From positions 2,176,001-2,240,000 of the forward strand of contig OY969801.1 in assembly GCA_963703225.1 (NCBI GenBank): a DNA stretch of 64,000 bases. Reading direction: 5' to 3'. The notes beneath the pieces were generated by a model. It had not been told where the DNA came from. It searched no databases and saw nothing but the letters and a program-made list of their open reading frames with translations. The position numbers and the translations under genes were made by a program. Source of the DNA: Candidatus Eiseniibacteriota bacterium. Lineage in GTDB: Bacteria; Eisenbacteria; RBG-16-71-46; SZUA-252. This document shows, piece by piece, positions 23,098-33,858 of this stretch. The stretch's first letter is position 1, and the number at the start of each line of letters is the position of its first letter.

Positions 23098-23403
23098 TCA
23101 GCGCAACGTGATCCGGATCCAGACGCGGACGTACGACAGCCAGATGAGGCGCGCGTTGGTGATCGCACCCACCTTGGTCGTGTCGCTTCCTGGGACCTTC
23201 TGGACCTGGTTCATCGACCGAGTCTGCTTCGGCGTCGGGCTTGGCTGATCGTCGGCCGTTGGATCACCATCGGGATAGGGTGGACCGTGCGGCACATACG
23301 TCCGCGCGCTCGACACGTTCGGGATCCCGAGGAGACAGGCGAGCGTCAACGCCGCGCCTGCCCACGGAAGGGCCCGAATGCCGTCCCGATGCTGAGACTT
23401 CAT
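23098..23403 (-). CDS. Small secreted protein / putative signalling pro-peptide (101 aa)
   Basis: GGAGGAG RBS, Sec-type signal ending VSSA, Pro/Asp-rich core DGDPTADDQP, basic-hydrophobic tail RLIWLSYVRVWIRITLR. Confidence 0.7.
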   Translation of the reverse strand: MKSQHRDGIRALPWAGAALTLACLLGIPNVSSARTYVPHGPPYPDGDPTADDQPSPTPKQTRSMNQVQKVPGSDTTKVGAITNARLIWLSYVRVWIRITLR

Positions 23404-23482
23404 CGAGATCTCCTCCGCGTCTCCGGCAGAAGACCATCGGATTCGTGGTGGGGACCCACCGCTCCGGGTAGTTGAGTCGTCC

Positions 23483-23512
23483 ATCGTGCACGCTCCTGAA
23501 CGAAGCCGTCAA
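23483..23512 (-). promoter_or_regulatory. Possible sigma70 promoter of the peptide-regulator unit
   Basis: TTGACG-N18-CACGAT. Confidence 0.35.
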
Positions 23513-23777
23513 ACCGCTCCGCTCGCTCCGACATTGCTGATTTCTGGGGAATGAACGTCGCCGGAATCCTGCTGCGCGCGCCGTACCCCGGGGATGGGCC
23601 GAAATCGCGCTTTTGTGTGGTTGTGGAAGCCATGCGCACCCTTTCCGTGGGCAGGCACTCCGGCTACGTACCGATAATCTAGCAGAGTCTGGGGCCAAAT
23701 GCAAGCCCAAAAAGGCGTTAGGGATTGATTCAGAGGCCATTTGGGGGGTGGCCAAATCCCAGCCGGTAGGCCGTATG

Positions 23778-23786
23778 TGATATAAT
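23778..23786 (+). promoter_or_regulatory. Extended -10 element for the diguanylate cyclase gene
   Basis: TGaTATAAT about 50 nt upstream of the ATG at 23836, in an AT-richer patch. Confidence 0.5.
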
Positions 23787-23835
23787 TGGTATCTGTTCCC
23801 GACCTTCCGCGCGCCCGCATCCGAGATCTAGGGGA

Positions 23836-25287
23836 ATGAACGAGGCACACCGCATCCGGACCGCCTTCCTGTCATCGCTCTCGCTCCACGAGGCTTCCCC
23901 CGAAGACCGGAAGCGCTTGATCGAGTTGACGCTGGCCGGGATGGAGGACGAGCGCCGCGACCTGCTCGCCTTTGAGGTCGCCGAGCGACTTCTGGATGTC
24001 GGCGCGCTCGAGCGGGTGGACCGCTTCCAGCGCGACGGAAAGCCGTACATCCGATATCGAATCCCCGCTTCGGGCGAGACGTTTCTCCTCCAGGCACCCT
24101 ACGACGTTCCCGGCGGAACGTTGGTCCGGGCCTCCCGGCCCCATTGGCATGCACGAAGCCGGCTTCTCTATCGGAGTCTCTCCCACCTGATCGCCGTCGA
24201 GCGGAAGCTCTTTTCCCGCGACGAGCGAAATCTGGAATATCTCCAGACCGACGTGTCGGAGATTCTCCGCACGATTCTCGCCTCCGCGCGCCAGGTGCTC
24301 GAATGCGACGAGACGCGTCTCTACTCTCTGGCGCGCGGCACCGAGGACGCCCGATACCTCCAGCCGGTGAGCGAGGGCGAGCCGTGGAACCGCGCGCTCG
24401 CCGAGGAGTGGGTCGCGAAACGCGGGCTTCCGCTGTACGTGGCCGACATGGCGGAGGCGGGCGCGGTCCAGACCATGGTCGACGCCGAGGCGATGGACGC
24501 GACCATGCACCTCGCGATCGCCCCCTTCCAGCCCAAGCCTGACCCCGGGGCGATGCGCTCCGTGGCCATGGCTCGCGTCGGGGAGCCGGGTTCGCCCTTC
24601 CTCTTCGTTCTGGAGGCCTGGAGCAAGACGCCCGGATTTTTCACCGACGAGCGGATCGGCATCCTGACCGTCGTCGCCGAGCACGCCACCGACCTCCTGC
24701 TCACGCTCAAGAAGCTGGGGATGCTCGTCATGGTCGATGAGCTCACCGGCATCTACAACCGGCCCTACTTCGGGCGCCAGCTCGACCACGAGATCGCGCG
24801 CGCGTACCGGGAGGAGCGGCCGATGTCGCTCATCATCGCGGATATCGACGATTTCAAGAAGGTGAACGACACCTACGGCTACGAGGCGGGCAACGCCGTG
24901 CTGCGCGAGCTATCCCAGACGCTCGCCTCGAGCGTCCGCCCATTCGACACGGTGGCGCGGTGGGGAGGCGAGGAATTCGCGCTGATCCTGAGCGCGGAGA
25001 CGACGAAAGCGGAGGCCAAGGAGATTTGCGAGCGCCTCCGGCTCAAGGCGCAGAGCATGGCGATCGTCGTGCCCGGACTGGACGGGCGGGAGAATACCGT
25101 CCGGGTGACCGTGAGCTTGGGAGGGGCGATGTTCCCCGCCGACGTGCCGGTCACGTGGGATCGCTCCCGCGGGCTCGACCGACCTCAGCGGGAGAAGCTC
25201 GCCCACGAGCTCTGGACCCGCGCGAACATGCATCTGCGGATCGCCAAGGAGCGGGGCAAGAACCAGGTCGTCTACGCCGGCGAGTAA
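23836..25287 (+). CDS. GAF-like sensor + GGDEF diguanylate cyclase
   Basis: DELTGIYNR, DIDDFKKVNDTYG, I-site RPFD, RWGGEEF, AKERGKN. Confidence 0.9.
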   Translation: MNEAHRIRTAFLSSLSLHEASPEDRKRLIELTLAGMEDERRDLLAFEVAERLLDVGALERVDRFQRDGKPYIRYRIPASGETFLLQAPYDVPGGTLVRASRPHWHARSRLLYRSLSHLIAVERKLFSRDERNLEYLQTDVSEILRTILASARQVLECDETRLYSLARGTEDARYLQPVSEGEPWNRALAEEWVAKRGLPLYVADMAEAGAVQTMVDAEAMDATMHLAIAPFQPKPDPGAMRSVAMARVGEPGSPFLFVLEAWSKTPGFFTDERIGILTVVAEHATDLLLTLKKLGMLVMVDELTGIYNRPYFGRQLDHEIARAYREERPMSLIIADIDDFKKVNDTYGYEAGNAVLRELSQTLASSVRPFDTVARWGGEEFALILSAETTKAEAKEICERLRLKAQSMAIVVPGLDGRENTVRVTVSLGGAMFPADVPVTWDRSRGLDRPQREKLAHELWTRANMHLRIAKERGKNQVVYAGE

Positions 25288-26354
25288 CCCGACACCAACG
25301 CCGCGGCAAACTCGGACGGCTCGAAGGGGAGCAGGTCCTCCATTCCTTCGCCGACGCCAATCCATCGGATCGGGATCCTCAGGGAAGCCGCCACCGCAAG
25401 AACGATCCCGCCTTTGGCGGTCCCGTCCAGCTTGGTAATCGCAACGCCCGTGATCGCGAGCGCGCGGTCGAACTCCCGCGCCTGATTGAGTCCGTTCTGC
25501 CCCACCGACGCGTCGAGCACCAGCAGCGTCTCGTGGGGAGCGCCCGGGATCGCCCGCTCGATGACCCGCCTGATCTTCGCCAGCTCGGCCATGAGGTTGG
25601 CCTGAACGTGGAGCCGCCCCGCCGTATCCACGATCACCCGATCGACGTTTCGGCTCTTGGCGCGCGCCATGCCGTCGAACGCCACCGCGGCGGGATCGGC
25701 GCCCGGCTTTTGTTGGACGATCTCCACCCCCGCCCGCTCGGCCCAGATCGTGAGCTGGTCTCCGGCCGCGGCCCGGAACGTGTCGCACGCCACCAGGAGC
25801 ACCGACTCCCCCGCCTGCTTGTATCGGTTGGCCAGCTTCGCGATGGTCGTCGTCTTGCCGCTTCCGTTGACCCCGATCACGAGCGTCACGTGGGGGCGCG
25901 GTGCCGCGGAGGGGACCGTGCTCTCGGGGCGCGCGATGTCGGAGGGGACCGTGGTTTGGGGGCGCGCGATGCCGGAGGGGACCGTGGCTTCGGGGCGCGC
26001 GATGCCGGAGGGGACCGTGGTTTGGGGGCGCGCGGTTGCAGAGGGGACCGTTTCTCTTGCTTCCCGTGTCCCCGGAGGCATCGCGCGCCCCGACCCCTCG
26101 AGCAGCACCTGCACCGCATCGCGCATCGCGTCCAGAGGCTCCGCACTCGACCCATCCGCGATCCGCCGCTTCACATCCTCGAGAAGCCGCTCCGTGGTCG
26201 CGGGCCCCACGTCGGCTCGGAGAAGCGCCGTCTCGAGCGCGTCGTAATCCGCCTCGGTGAGCGCCCGTCCCGGCTGAAACACCGCGGCCACCCCGCCGAA
26301 GAGCGCGTCGCGCGTCTTCTCCAGGCCCTTCCGGATTTTGTCGAGGAACGACAC
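25272..26354 (-). CDS. ftsY: SRP receptor FtsY
   Basis: [33 protein letters not shown]. Confidence 0.96.
   Translation of the reverse strand: MSFLDKIRKGLEKTRDALFGGVAAVFQPGRALTEADYDALETALLRADVGPATTERLLEDVKRRIADGSSAEPLDAMRDAVQVLLEGSGRAMPPGTREARETVPSATARPQTTVPSGIARPEATVPSGIARPQTTVPSDIARPESTVPSAAPRPHVTLVIGVNGSGKTTTIAKLANRYKQAGESVLLVACDTFRAAAGDQLTIWAERAGVEIVQQKPGADPAAVAFDGMARAKSRNVDRVIVDTAGRLHVQANLMAELAKIRRVIERAIPGAPHETLLVLDASVGQNGLNQAREFDRALAITGVAITKLDGTAKGGIVLAVAASLRIPIRWIGVGEGMEDLLPFEPSEFAAALVSGYSPA
25892..26052. repeat. 33-bp in-frame tandem repeat, about 5 copies, inside ftsY
   Basis: Unit ggggcgcgcgatgccggaggggaccgtggtttg recurs at a 33-nt period and encodes [15 protein letters not shown] 11-mers. 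Confidence 0.9.
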
Positions 26355-26363
26355 GGTGGGGCG

Positions 26364-29300
26364 TTACGACTCGACCGGGGTGAGCTCCTCGGGAGCCGCC
26401 TCGGCGACGGCCGGGCGCTCCCGATTCCAGCGGACCGAGACCAGCTTGGAAACGCCCGGCTCCTCCATCGTGACGCCATAGAGGCAATCGGCCACTTCCA
26501 TCGTCTTTTTGTTGTGAGTCACGACGATGAACTGCGTCTTGGCGCTGAAATCGCGGAGAAGCTGGACGAACCGGTCGATGTTGGCATCGTCGAGCGGAGC
26601 GTCGACTTCGTCCAGGATGCAAAACGGGCTCGGCTTGACCAGGTAGATCGCGAAGAGGAGCGCGATCGCGGTCAGCGCCTTCTCCCCGCCCGAGAGGAGG
26701 GATAAGGACTGCGGTTTCTTTCCGCGGGGGCGCGCGAGGATCTCGATCTCGGCTTCCAGCGGATCGTCGCCCGTCAAGAGCAGCGCCGCCTCGCCGCCCT
26801 CGAAGAGGGTCGTAAAGACGGTCCGGAAGTTCTCGTCCACCCGGGCGAACGTCTCCGTGAAGAGGGTGGAGGCGGTCACGTTGATCTTCTCGATCGCTTC
26901 GAGGAGCGACTGGCGGGCATCCTCCAGATCCTTCCGCTGGCCGCTCAAGAACCGGAGCCGCTCGCGGCGCTCGTCGTAGTCTTGGACCGCGAGCAAATTG
27001 ACCGGTCCGATCGACCGGAGCTTCTCGCTCAGGTGGCGGAGCCGCCGCTCCCGCTCTTCTCGCGACGCGCCCGGCGCCAGCGGCGCGTTGCCTGCGTCCG
27101 CGGGGCCGGACATCTCCCGATCGACGATCGTCTCGTCGGGGATGCGTCCTTCCTCGGCTTCGAGGTCAGCCTCTTCGATCTCGACGAGGGCGCTTTCCCC
27201 ATCCCCGGTGGTCTCGGCCGCCGCTTCCGACGAAGGAGGAACGTAGGCGCCCAGGTCGACCTCGTATTCGTTCGCGATCCTCTCGACCAGGCGGCGCAGC
27301 TCCCCGTCCGCCTCGGCCTGCTCCAGCTCGGCGCGGTGGAGGCGGTCGGTCAGCTCGGCGTGTCCGCGGCGAAGCTCCCGCGTGCGCGACTCCACGTCGT
27401 CCGCGAGCCCCTTCACCTCGCCGAAGCGCTCGCGGGACCGCTGGAGAATGATCTCCCGTTCCGTCTTTCGCTCGATTTCCTGGGCCAGCTCACCCTCGCG
27501 CTGGGCGCAGAGCGCCTCGGTCTCCTGGATCCGTCGCTCCGTCTGGGTCGCCTCTTCGTCCCGGCTCTTGATGTCCCGCTCAGCCTCGTCCGCGCTGGCG
27601 CGGAGCCGCTCGATCTCCCGCAGGCTCGATTCCACCGCCGCCCGAGACCGGCTCGCCTCGATTCGGGCCTCGGCGTGCAAGGCGACCGACCGCTCCCGTT
27701 CCAGCTCCATGGCGCGGACCTCCGCCTCGTCCTGGGAGAGGATGGTGTCGACGCGTCCCCGCTCCTCGTCCGCGCTCTGAAGCGCCACGAGGGCCTGCTC
27801 GGCTTCCTTGAGCGCGCGCTCGAGGTCGGCCTCGACCGCGGCAAGCGAAGTCCCGAGGGAGGTCCCGGCCTGCACCATCGCGTCGCCGCGAATGGAAAGC
27901 TCGACCCGACGCGATTCGTGGGACCGGTGGGTTTGCTCCGTTGCCGCCAGACGCCGGTTGGCTTCCTCCTGCTCGGCGAACGCGGCGGCCCGCGCCGCGC
28001 GGGTCTGTTCCGAGATCTTCACGGTTCCCGCAAGCGCGGCCGCGGAGCGCTCGATCTCCGTCGCGAGGACGGTCAACTCGTCCTCTCGGCGCAGCACCGA
28101 GCCGGCGCGGGTCGATCCGCTTCCGCCCTGGAAGATCCCCGGGCCCACGACCCGCTCGCCCCGCCGAGTGACGAAGTGGAGTCGTTCGCCTGCGAAGCGC
28201 TCGTTGAGCTTGAGCCCCGCCTCGATCGATTCCACCACCACGACGCCCGAGAGCAGAAACGAGGCGAGGGCGACAAAGCCGGGCTCGAACCGGACGTGGT
28301 CGAGGAGCGGACCCAGGACGCCCGGAGCGTTGCTCACCTCGTCCGGGATCGGCGCCATGCGGGAACGGGAGAGCCGATCGAGGGAGATGAACGTCGCCCT
28401 CCCCTCTCCGCTCGCCTCCAGCGCTTGGAGCGCCGCGAGCGCCGCCTCCGTCCGCTCGGCGACGACGAACTGGACCGCCTCGCCGAGCCCCGCCTCGAGC
28501 GCGACCAGCCACTCTCCCGACGCGTGGAGCACGTCCCCCACCGTTCCCAGGATCCGCGCGGGACGCGAGGGGCCCGCGACCAGCCAGCGGACGCTGGCGT
28601 CATAGCCCTCGTAGCGCTCCTTGAGCTCGCGGAGCGTGGCGTGGCGTGCCTCGAGGGCCGCGTGGGCCTCCCGAGCGCGAATCTCCGACTCGTCCTGCTC
28701 CAGGACCTTCGCCTCGGCCACCGCGATCGCGGCGACCGCCGAGGCGACCACCTCCCTGGCGCGGGCCACTTCCCCCGCGGCCTCCGCCATCAAGCGCTCG
28801 GCACCCTCGATCCCGGAGCGGAGCGTCTCCTCATCGCGCGAGAGCGACGCACGCTGCTGCGCCAACTCGTCCCGGCGCGCCTCGAGATCCTGGCGCTTCT
28901 CCTTCCAGGCGCGAGCCGAGCTCTCCTGGACGACGCGGGCCTCGAAGAGGTCGAGCGAAAGCTGCTTCCGTTCGGCGAGGGCGGCGCGGCGCTGGTCGAG
29001 GACCGGGCCGATCTCGGCGAGCCTGGTCTCGAGCCGGCGCTCTTCCGAGTCTCGGTCGGCCTGGGCCTGCTCGAGGCGCTCGCGCTCGGCGGCGATCCGG
29101 CCCGCGTGGGCGCGGACTTCTTCGACGCTCGCCTTGAGCCGGCTCGATTCGGAGCGGGCGTGGTCCAGCTTCTCGACGAGCCCGGATCGGCGCTCGCGGA
29201 GGACGGCGACCTCGTTCAGGAGCGCCGCTCCCCTGGCCTCGTGCTCGCTCAGCGCCTCCTGCGCCAGCCGCACTTCCCCCTCGCGCTTCAACAGCTCGAG

Positions 29301-30120
29301 CTTGTGCTCTTCCAGCTCCGCCTCGTGCCTCGCGAGCACGCCGCCCATGGAAGCGCGCTTGTTTTCCACCCCGGCGCGCTCCGCGCGGAGCGTGCCCGTC
29401 TCCTTCCCGACCCGGTCGAACTCCTCCTTCGCCAAGCCGAGGTCGATCGCCGCGGATCGATTCGCGCAGGCGACCGTAGCGCCTCGCCTTCCCCACCTGC
29501 CGCGCGAGGGAGCGGACCTCCCGCTCGATCTCGGTGATGATGTCGCTCACGCGGGTGAGATCGGTCGTCGTGAGATCGAGCTTTTGGAGCGCCTCTTTCT
29601 TTCGCGTCTTGTACCGCATGATGCCCGCCGCTTCCTCGAAGAGGAACCGGCGATGCCCGCTCTCGTCCGAGAGGACGTTGTCCACCATCCCTCGCTCGAT
29701 CAGCGAATAGGCATGGGACCCCATCCCGGTGTCGAGGAAGAGGTCGCGCACGTCGCGAAGCCGGCAGGGGTTTCGATTGATCGAGTATTCGCTCTGCCCG
29801 CTCCGAAAGGTCCGCCGCGCGATCATCACCTCGGTGTATTCCGAAGGGAGGACGCCGCGGTTGTTGACCATGGTGAGCGAGACCTCCGCCATGCCGAGGG
29901 GCTTCCGCTGGGCCGACCCCGTGAAGATGACGTCTTCCAACGTGTCCCCGCGCAGATGCCGCATGTTCTGCTCGCCCAGGACCCACCGGATCGCCTCCAC
30001 GATGTTCGTCTTCCCGCTCCCGTTCGGCCCGACCACCGCGGTGATGCCGGGGCCGAACTCGACCCGAACGCGCTGCGGGAAGGACTTGAACCCCAGGATG
30101 TCGAGCCGGCTCAGGAACAC
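26364..30120 (-). CDS. smc: Chromosome segregation protein SMC, frameshifted near 29451
   Basis: GFKSF, GPNGSGKTN, hinge GRATF, LSGGEK, LDEVDAPLD; split over two frames. Confidence 0.95.
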
Positions 30121-30123
30121 GGA

Positions 30124-31714
30124 TTACCTCGGCGTGGAGGGATAGGCCTGGGCGCGATCGACCCAGCCGTTGTCGAGGAGCCATTGGGCGTGCGCCCGGG
30201 CCTCGGCCTCGGTCGCGAAGTGCCCCACGAACACGCGGTAATACCCCGACGAGTTCGCGGCGGACTCATACCAGGCGTCGGCCCCGCGCAGCCGTAGCTG
30301 ACGCACCAGCTCCTGCACCTTCTCCTCCGATTTGAAGGAAGCAACGTGGACTCGAAACGGCGTGTCGGGCGTGGGAGCGGTGGGCGGGATGCCCCGCGCA
30401 TCGGACGTCGGCGCGCCCGGCGTCTCACCGCCCGCCGTCGTCGACGGAGGCGGCGCGGGCTCGACTTGCGAAGGGGGCAGCGTCGGCTCGGAATTGGCGT
30501 CCGGCGGGGGCGTGGCCTCCGGCTGGACGGGCAGCACCCGCTCCGTTCCGGCGGGGAGCGTCTCCCCGTCCAGCGGGACGTCCGGGCGGCGCAGGACGAC
30601 GACCCCGATGCTCGCGGCCACCAGGGCGCCCACGGCGATCCCCGCGATCAGCCCCGCGCGCGACCGGCGTCGGGGCCGTCGGTAGGTCGTGCCGCCGAGC
30701 CGGACCTCCCGGTCGAGAACGGCGGCGAGGTCGTGATCGTCCGGCTCGTCGACGGACTCGGGCCGGACCCGAGGGTCAACGCGATGCCGAGCGGGCGAGG
30801 GCCGGTCCGCTCGAGACGCGGGAGTCGGCGCCATCGGCGCAGGCCCCGCCGCGGGCTCGTGCGCGGTCCGCGTCGGCGGCGCTCCGGGAGCGGACGACGC
30901 TTCGGGCGCGGGCGACGCTGCGGGAGCGGGAGCGGCCGATAGAGGGGCGGCCGGCGTCTCTTCCGGCGGCCTCTCCGCCCGAAACCTCCTCGGCTCGGCG
31001 GTCGGCTCAATCCCGACACAGCCGATGATCGGCGCGTCCGAGCCCCACAATTCCAGAAAGGCGTCCTTCAGCTCGGCTCGGCCGATCCGCTCGATGGAGG
31101 CGGCCAGGAGCACGCCGTCCATCCGCTTGGAGAGCCGCCCGACAAAGCCCCGCCGATCGAGAAGCGGCGCGACGAAGAACGTGACGTCGACGTGGGAGGC
31201 CAGGCCGCGCGCGGCCCGCTCCCAGTCGGGGTGGTCGACGATGCGGTCCGGGTCGGGAGGATGGCTCCCCGGGCCGATGAGCCAGAGGCCGTCCGCGACG
31301 ATCTCCCAGGCCACGCGCCGGAACGAGCAGCCGTACTCGAGCACGTCGAGGAGCCCCTCGTTCGGGTGAGGGCGGGGGCGGACGACGGTGGGATTCCAGA
31401 AGTCGAGATCGACGACGCGCGATCCGAAGCCCCCGTCGGCTCCACTCCCGCGCGATGGCGAGCCCGGTCGTGAAGCACTCGGGGTCATCGGGGAATCCAG
31501 CCAGAAGGAGGGTGCGGAGCGTCAACGATTGTCGGGTCTCGACCAGGCCGTCCACCACCGCCGCGAGGTCCGGAGGCGCGAGAACGCGGAGGAGGGCGGA
31601 GAGGTTGGCGCCGCTGGGGACCGGCTCGACGTGAGAGGTCCCGAGGAGCGGCAGATTGACCTCGCGCGCAAAGCTCTGGGGATCGGCGTAGCGCTCGACG
31701 TCCGTCTGAATCAC
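30124..31714 (-). CDS. Degenerate CpsD/Wzc-like domain + TM + SPOR-domain protein, frameshifted near 31417
   Basis: VVDLDFWNP, EGLLDVL, MDGVLL, PIIGCV; TM AGLIAGIAVGALVAASIGVVVL; SPOR VHVASF..YYRVFVG. Confidence 0.7.
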
Positions 31715-33146
31715 CCGATTCCCCTCCCTTCCGCTAGCGCCCGGACGAGCGACACGATCAGCCGCGGAACCTCTTGCTTCGAGACGGTCCGCATGTCGAG
31801 GAGCAGGCGGTCCGATTCGACGCGCCCCAGTACCGGATCGGGGCCGAGCCGAAGCGCGCGAGCCAGATCCGCAATCTTCCCCCGCGGCGCGCGGATCGCC
31901 ACTGCGTAGGACGCGACGCGCGCGAGCGGCATCGATCCGCCACCGACCTCGGCGGTGCAGGCTATCACCTCCGGGACGGTCTTTACAGCTGTTCCGCGGC
32001 CAGCCCGCGCGCCACGCGGCGTGCGCGCGCGCGGACGCTCGCCGCGGGCTCCCCGAGCATTCGAAGCACGGGCACCGTGCTCTGAAGCCGCTCCGGATCG
32101 CGGTAGAGGCGAAGCGTGGCCTCGAGCGCCGCGAGCGTCAGCTTGTCGACGCGGAGCGCGCGGGCCATCGGGTTCGCCCGGCACGCGTCGATGATCTTTC
32201 GATTCCCGGCGAGGATCCCCGCCTGGGGCCCGCCGAGGAGCTTGTCGCCGCTCGCGCACGCGATCGACACCCCCGCAGCCAGCGCGTCGCGCAGGAGCGG
32301 TTCCTCGGGAAGCCCGAGCGGCCTCAGGTCGATCAGGGCGCCGCTCCCCACGTCCTCGAAGAGCGGGATCTTCCGGCGCCGCGCGAGGCGGACGAGCTCG
32401 GGCCGCGTGGCCCCCTCCTCGAAGCCGACGAGGGCAAAATTGCTCCGATGAACGCGGAGAATGATCCCGGTCTTCGGTCCGATGGCGCGCTCGTAGTCGC
32501 GGAGCCGGGTCCGGTTGGTGGTCCCGACTTCGCGGAGCTCTGCCCCGGCCCGCTCCAGAATGTCGGGGATTCGAAACTCGCCACCGATCTCCACCAGCTC
32601 CCCGCGCGAGATGACCGCCTGCCGGCCCGCGGACAGCGTGTTCAGGCCGAGGAGCATCGCCGATGCGTTGTTGTTCAAAACGAGCGCCGCCTGCGCCCCC
32701 AGAATTTCACGGAGGAGCGGCTCCAGGTGGGCCATCCGGGATCCACGGCCCCCCGTGGCCAGGTCCAGCTCCAGATTCGAGTAGGAGCGCGCCGCGTCGA
32801 CCACGGCGCGGACCGCCTCCTCCGCGAGCGGGGCGCGGCCGAGATTCGTATGGAGGATCACGCCGGTCGCGTTGATCACGGGCCTGAGGCTCGGTCGGAG
32901 CCGCGCCTCGGCTCGGCGGCGCGCCTCCTCGGCCAGGGGGGCGGACGCGTCGTCCGGACTCCCCTCGCCTTTCCGGATCGCGGAGCGCCGCTCGGCGAGC
33001 GTCTCGCGCACGGCGGAGACGACCACGCCCCGCGGCGCCCGGGAGAGAAGCTCTCGAAGCGCCGGCGACCCGAGCAGCGATTCCACCGACGGGATCGCGC
33101 GAAGCCGCGCGCGATCGGCGTTCCGCCGCGCCTCGCCCGGGCTCAC
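31711..33146 (-). CDS. selA: L-seryl-tRNA(Sec) selenium transferase, frameshifted near 31995
   Basis: VINATGVILHTNLGRA, SGDKLLGGPQAG, RALRVDK, VGGGSMP, LLDMRT. Confidence 0.93.
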
Positions 33147-33858
33147 GCGGGTCCTCCCAGGTAAGCGGCCTGGACGGAGGGGTTGGCCAGGAGCGCGTCG
33201 GCTCGGTCGGAGAGGCGCACCTCGCCCGTCTCGAGGACGTAGCCGCGGTCCGCGACCGCGAGCGCCATCCGCGCGTTCTGCTCCACCAGCACGATGGTGG
33301 TCCCCTGGCCGCGGATTTCCCGGATCACGCCGAAGATCTCGCGCACGAGGATCGGCGCGAGACCGAGCGAGGGTTCGTCCATCAGAAGAAGCTTGGGGCG
33401 AGCCATCAGGGCCCGACCGATCGCGAGCATCTGCTGCTCCCCTCCGCTCAGGTGCCCGAGGCCTGCCGCCGTCGCTCTTCGAGCCGCGGAAAGAGACGGA
33501 AGACGCGCTTCAGATCCTCCGTGATCCCGGCCCGGTCGCGGCGAAGGTAGGCGCCCAGATCCAGATTATCCCCCACCGTGAGGTTGGCGAATACGATTCG
33601 TCCCTCCGGCACGTGCGAAATTCCCAGCTTCACGATCTCGTGGGCGGGACGGCCGGCGATCGACGCGCCCCGGTAGCGAATCGATCCGCGGCTCGGTTTC
33701 AAGAGGCCCGAGATCGCTCGAAGCGTGGTGCTCTTGCCGGCGCCGTTGGCGCCCACCAGCGTCACGATCTGCCCCTCTTCGACCGTGATGGAGATCCCCT
33801 TCAGCGCGTGGATCGCGCCGTAGTGGACGTGGGTTTCCGTGAGCTCGAGGAGCGTCAC
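33143..33858 (-). CDS. livF: Branched-chain amino acid ABC transporter ATPase, frameshifted near 33452
   Basis: GANGAGKST, LSGGEQQMLAIGRALM, DEPSLGLAP. Confidence 0.92.

Noticed and set aside
23404..23835. Small ORFs and a sigma54 promoter in the intergenic region
   Set aside because: The ORFs lack an RBS and typical codon bias, and no convincing TGGCAC-N5-TTGC was found on either strand.
25892..26052. Possible CRISPR array
   Set aside because: The units are contiguous with no unique spacers, lie in frame within ftsY, and no cas genes are present.
33445..33455. In-frame TGA in livF as selenocysteine, given the neighbouring selA
   Set aside because: The protein continues in a different frame (missing C in ACC CTG), so this is an indel, not read-through.
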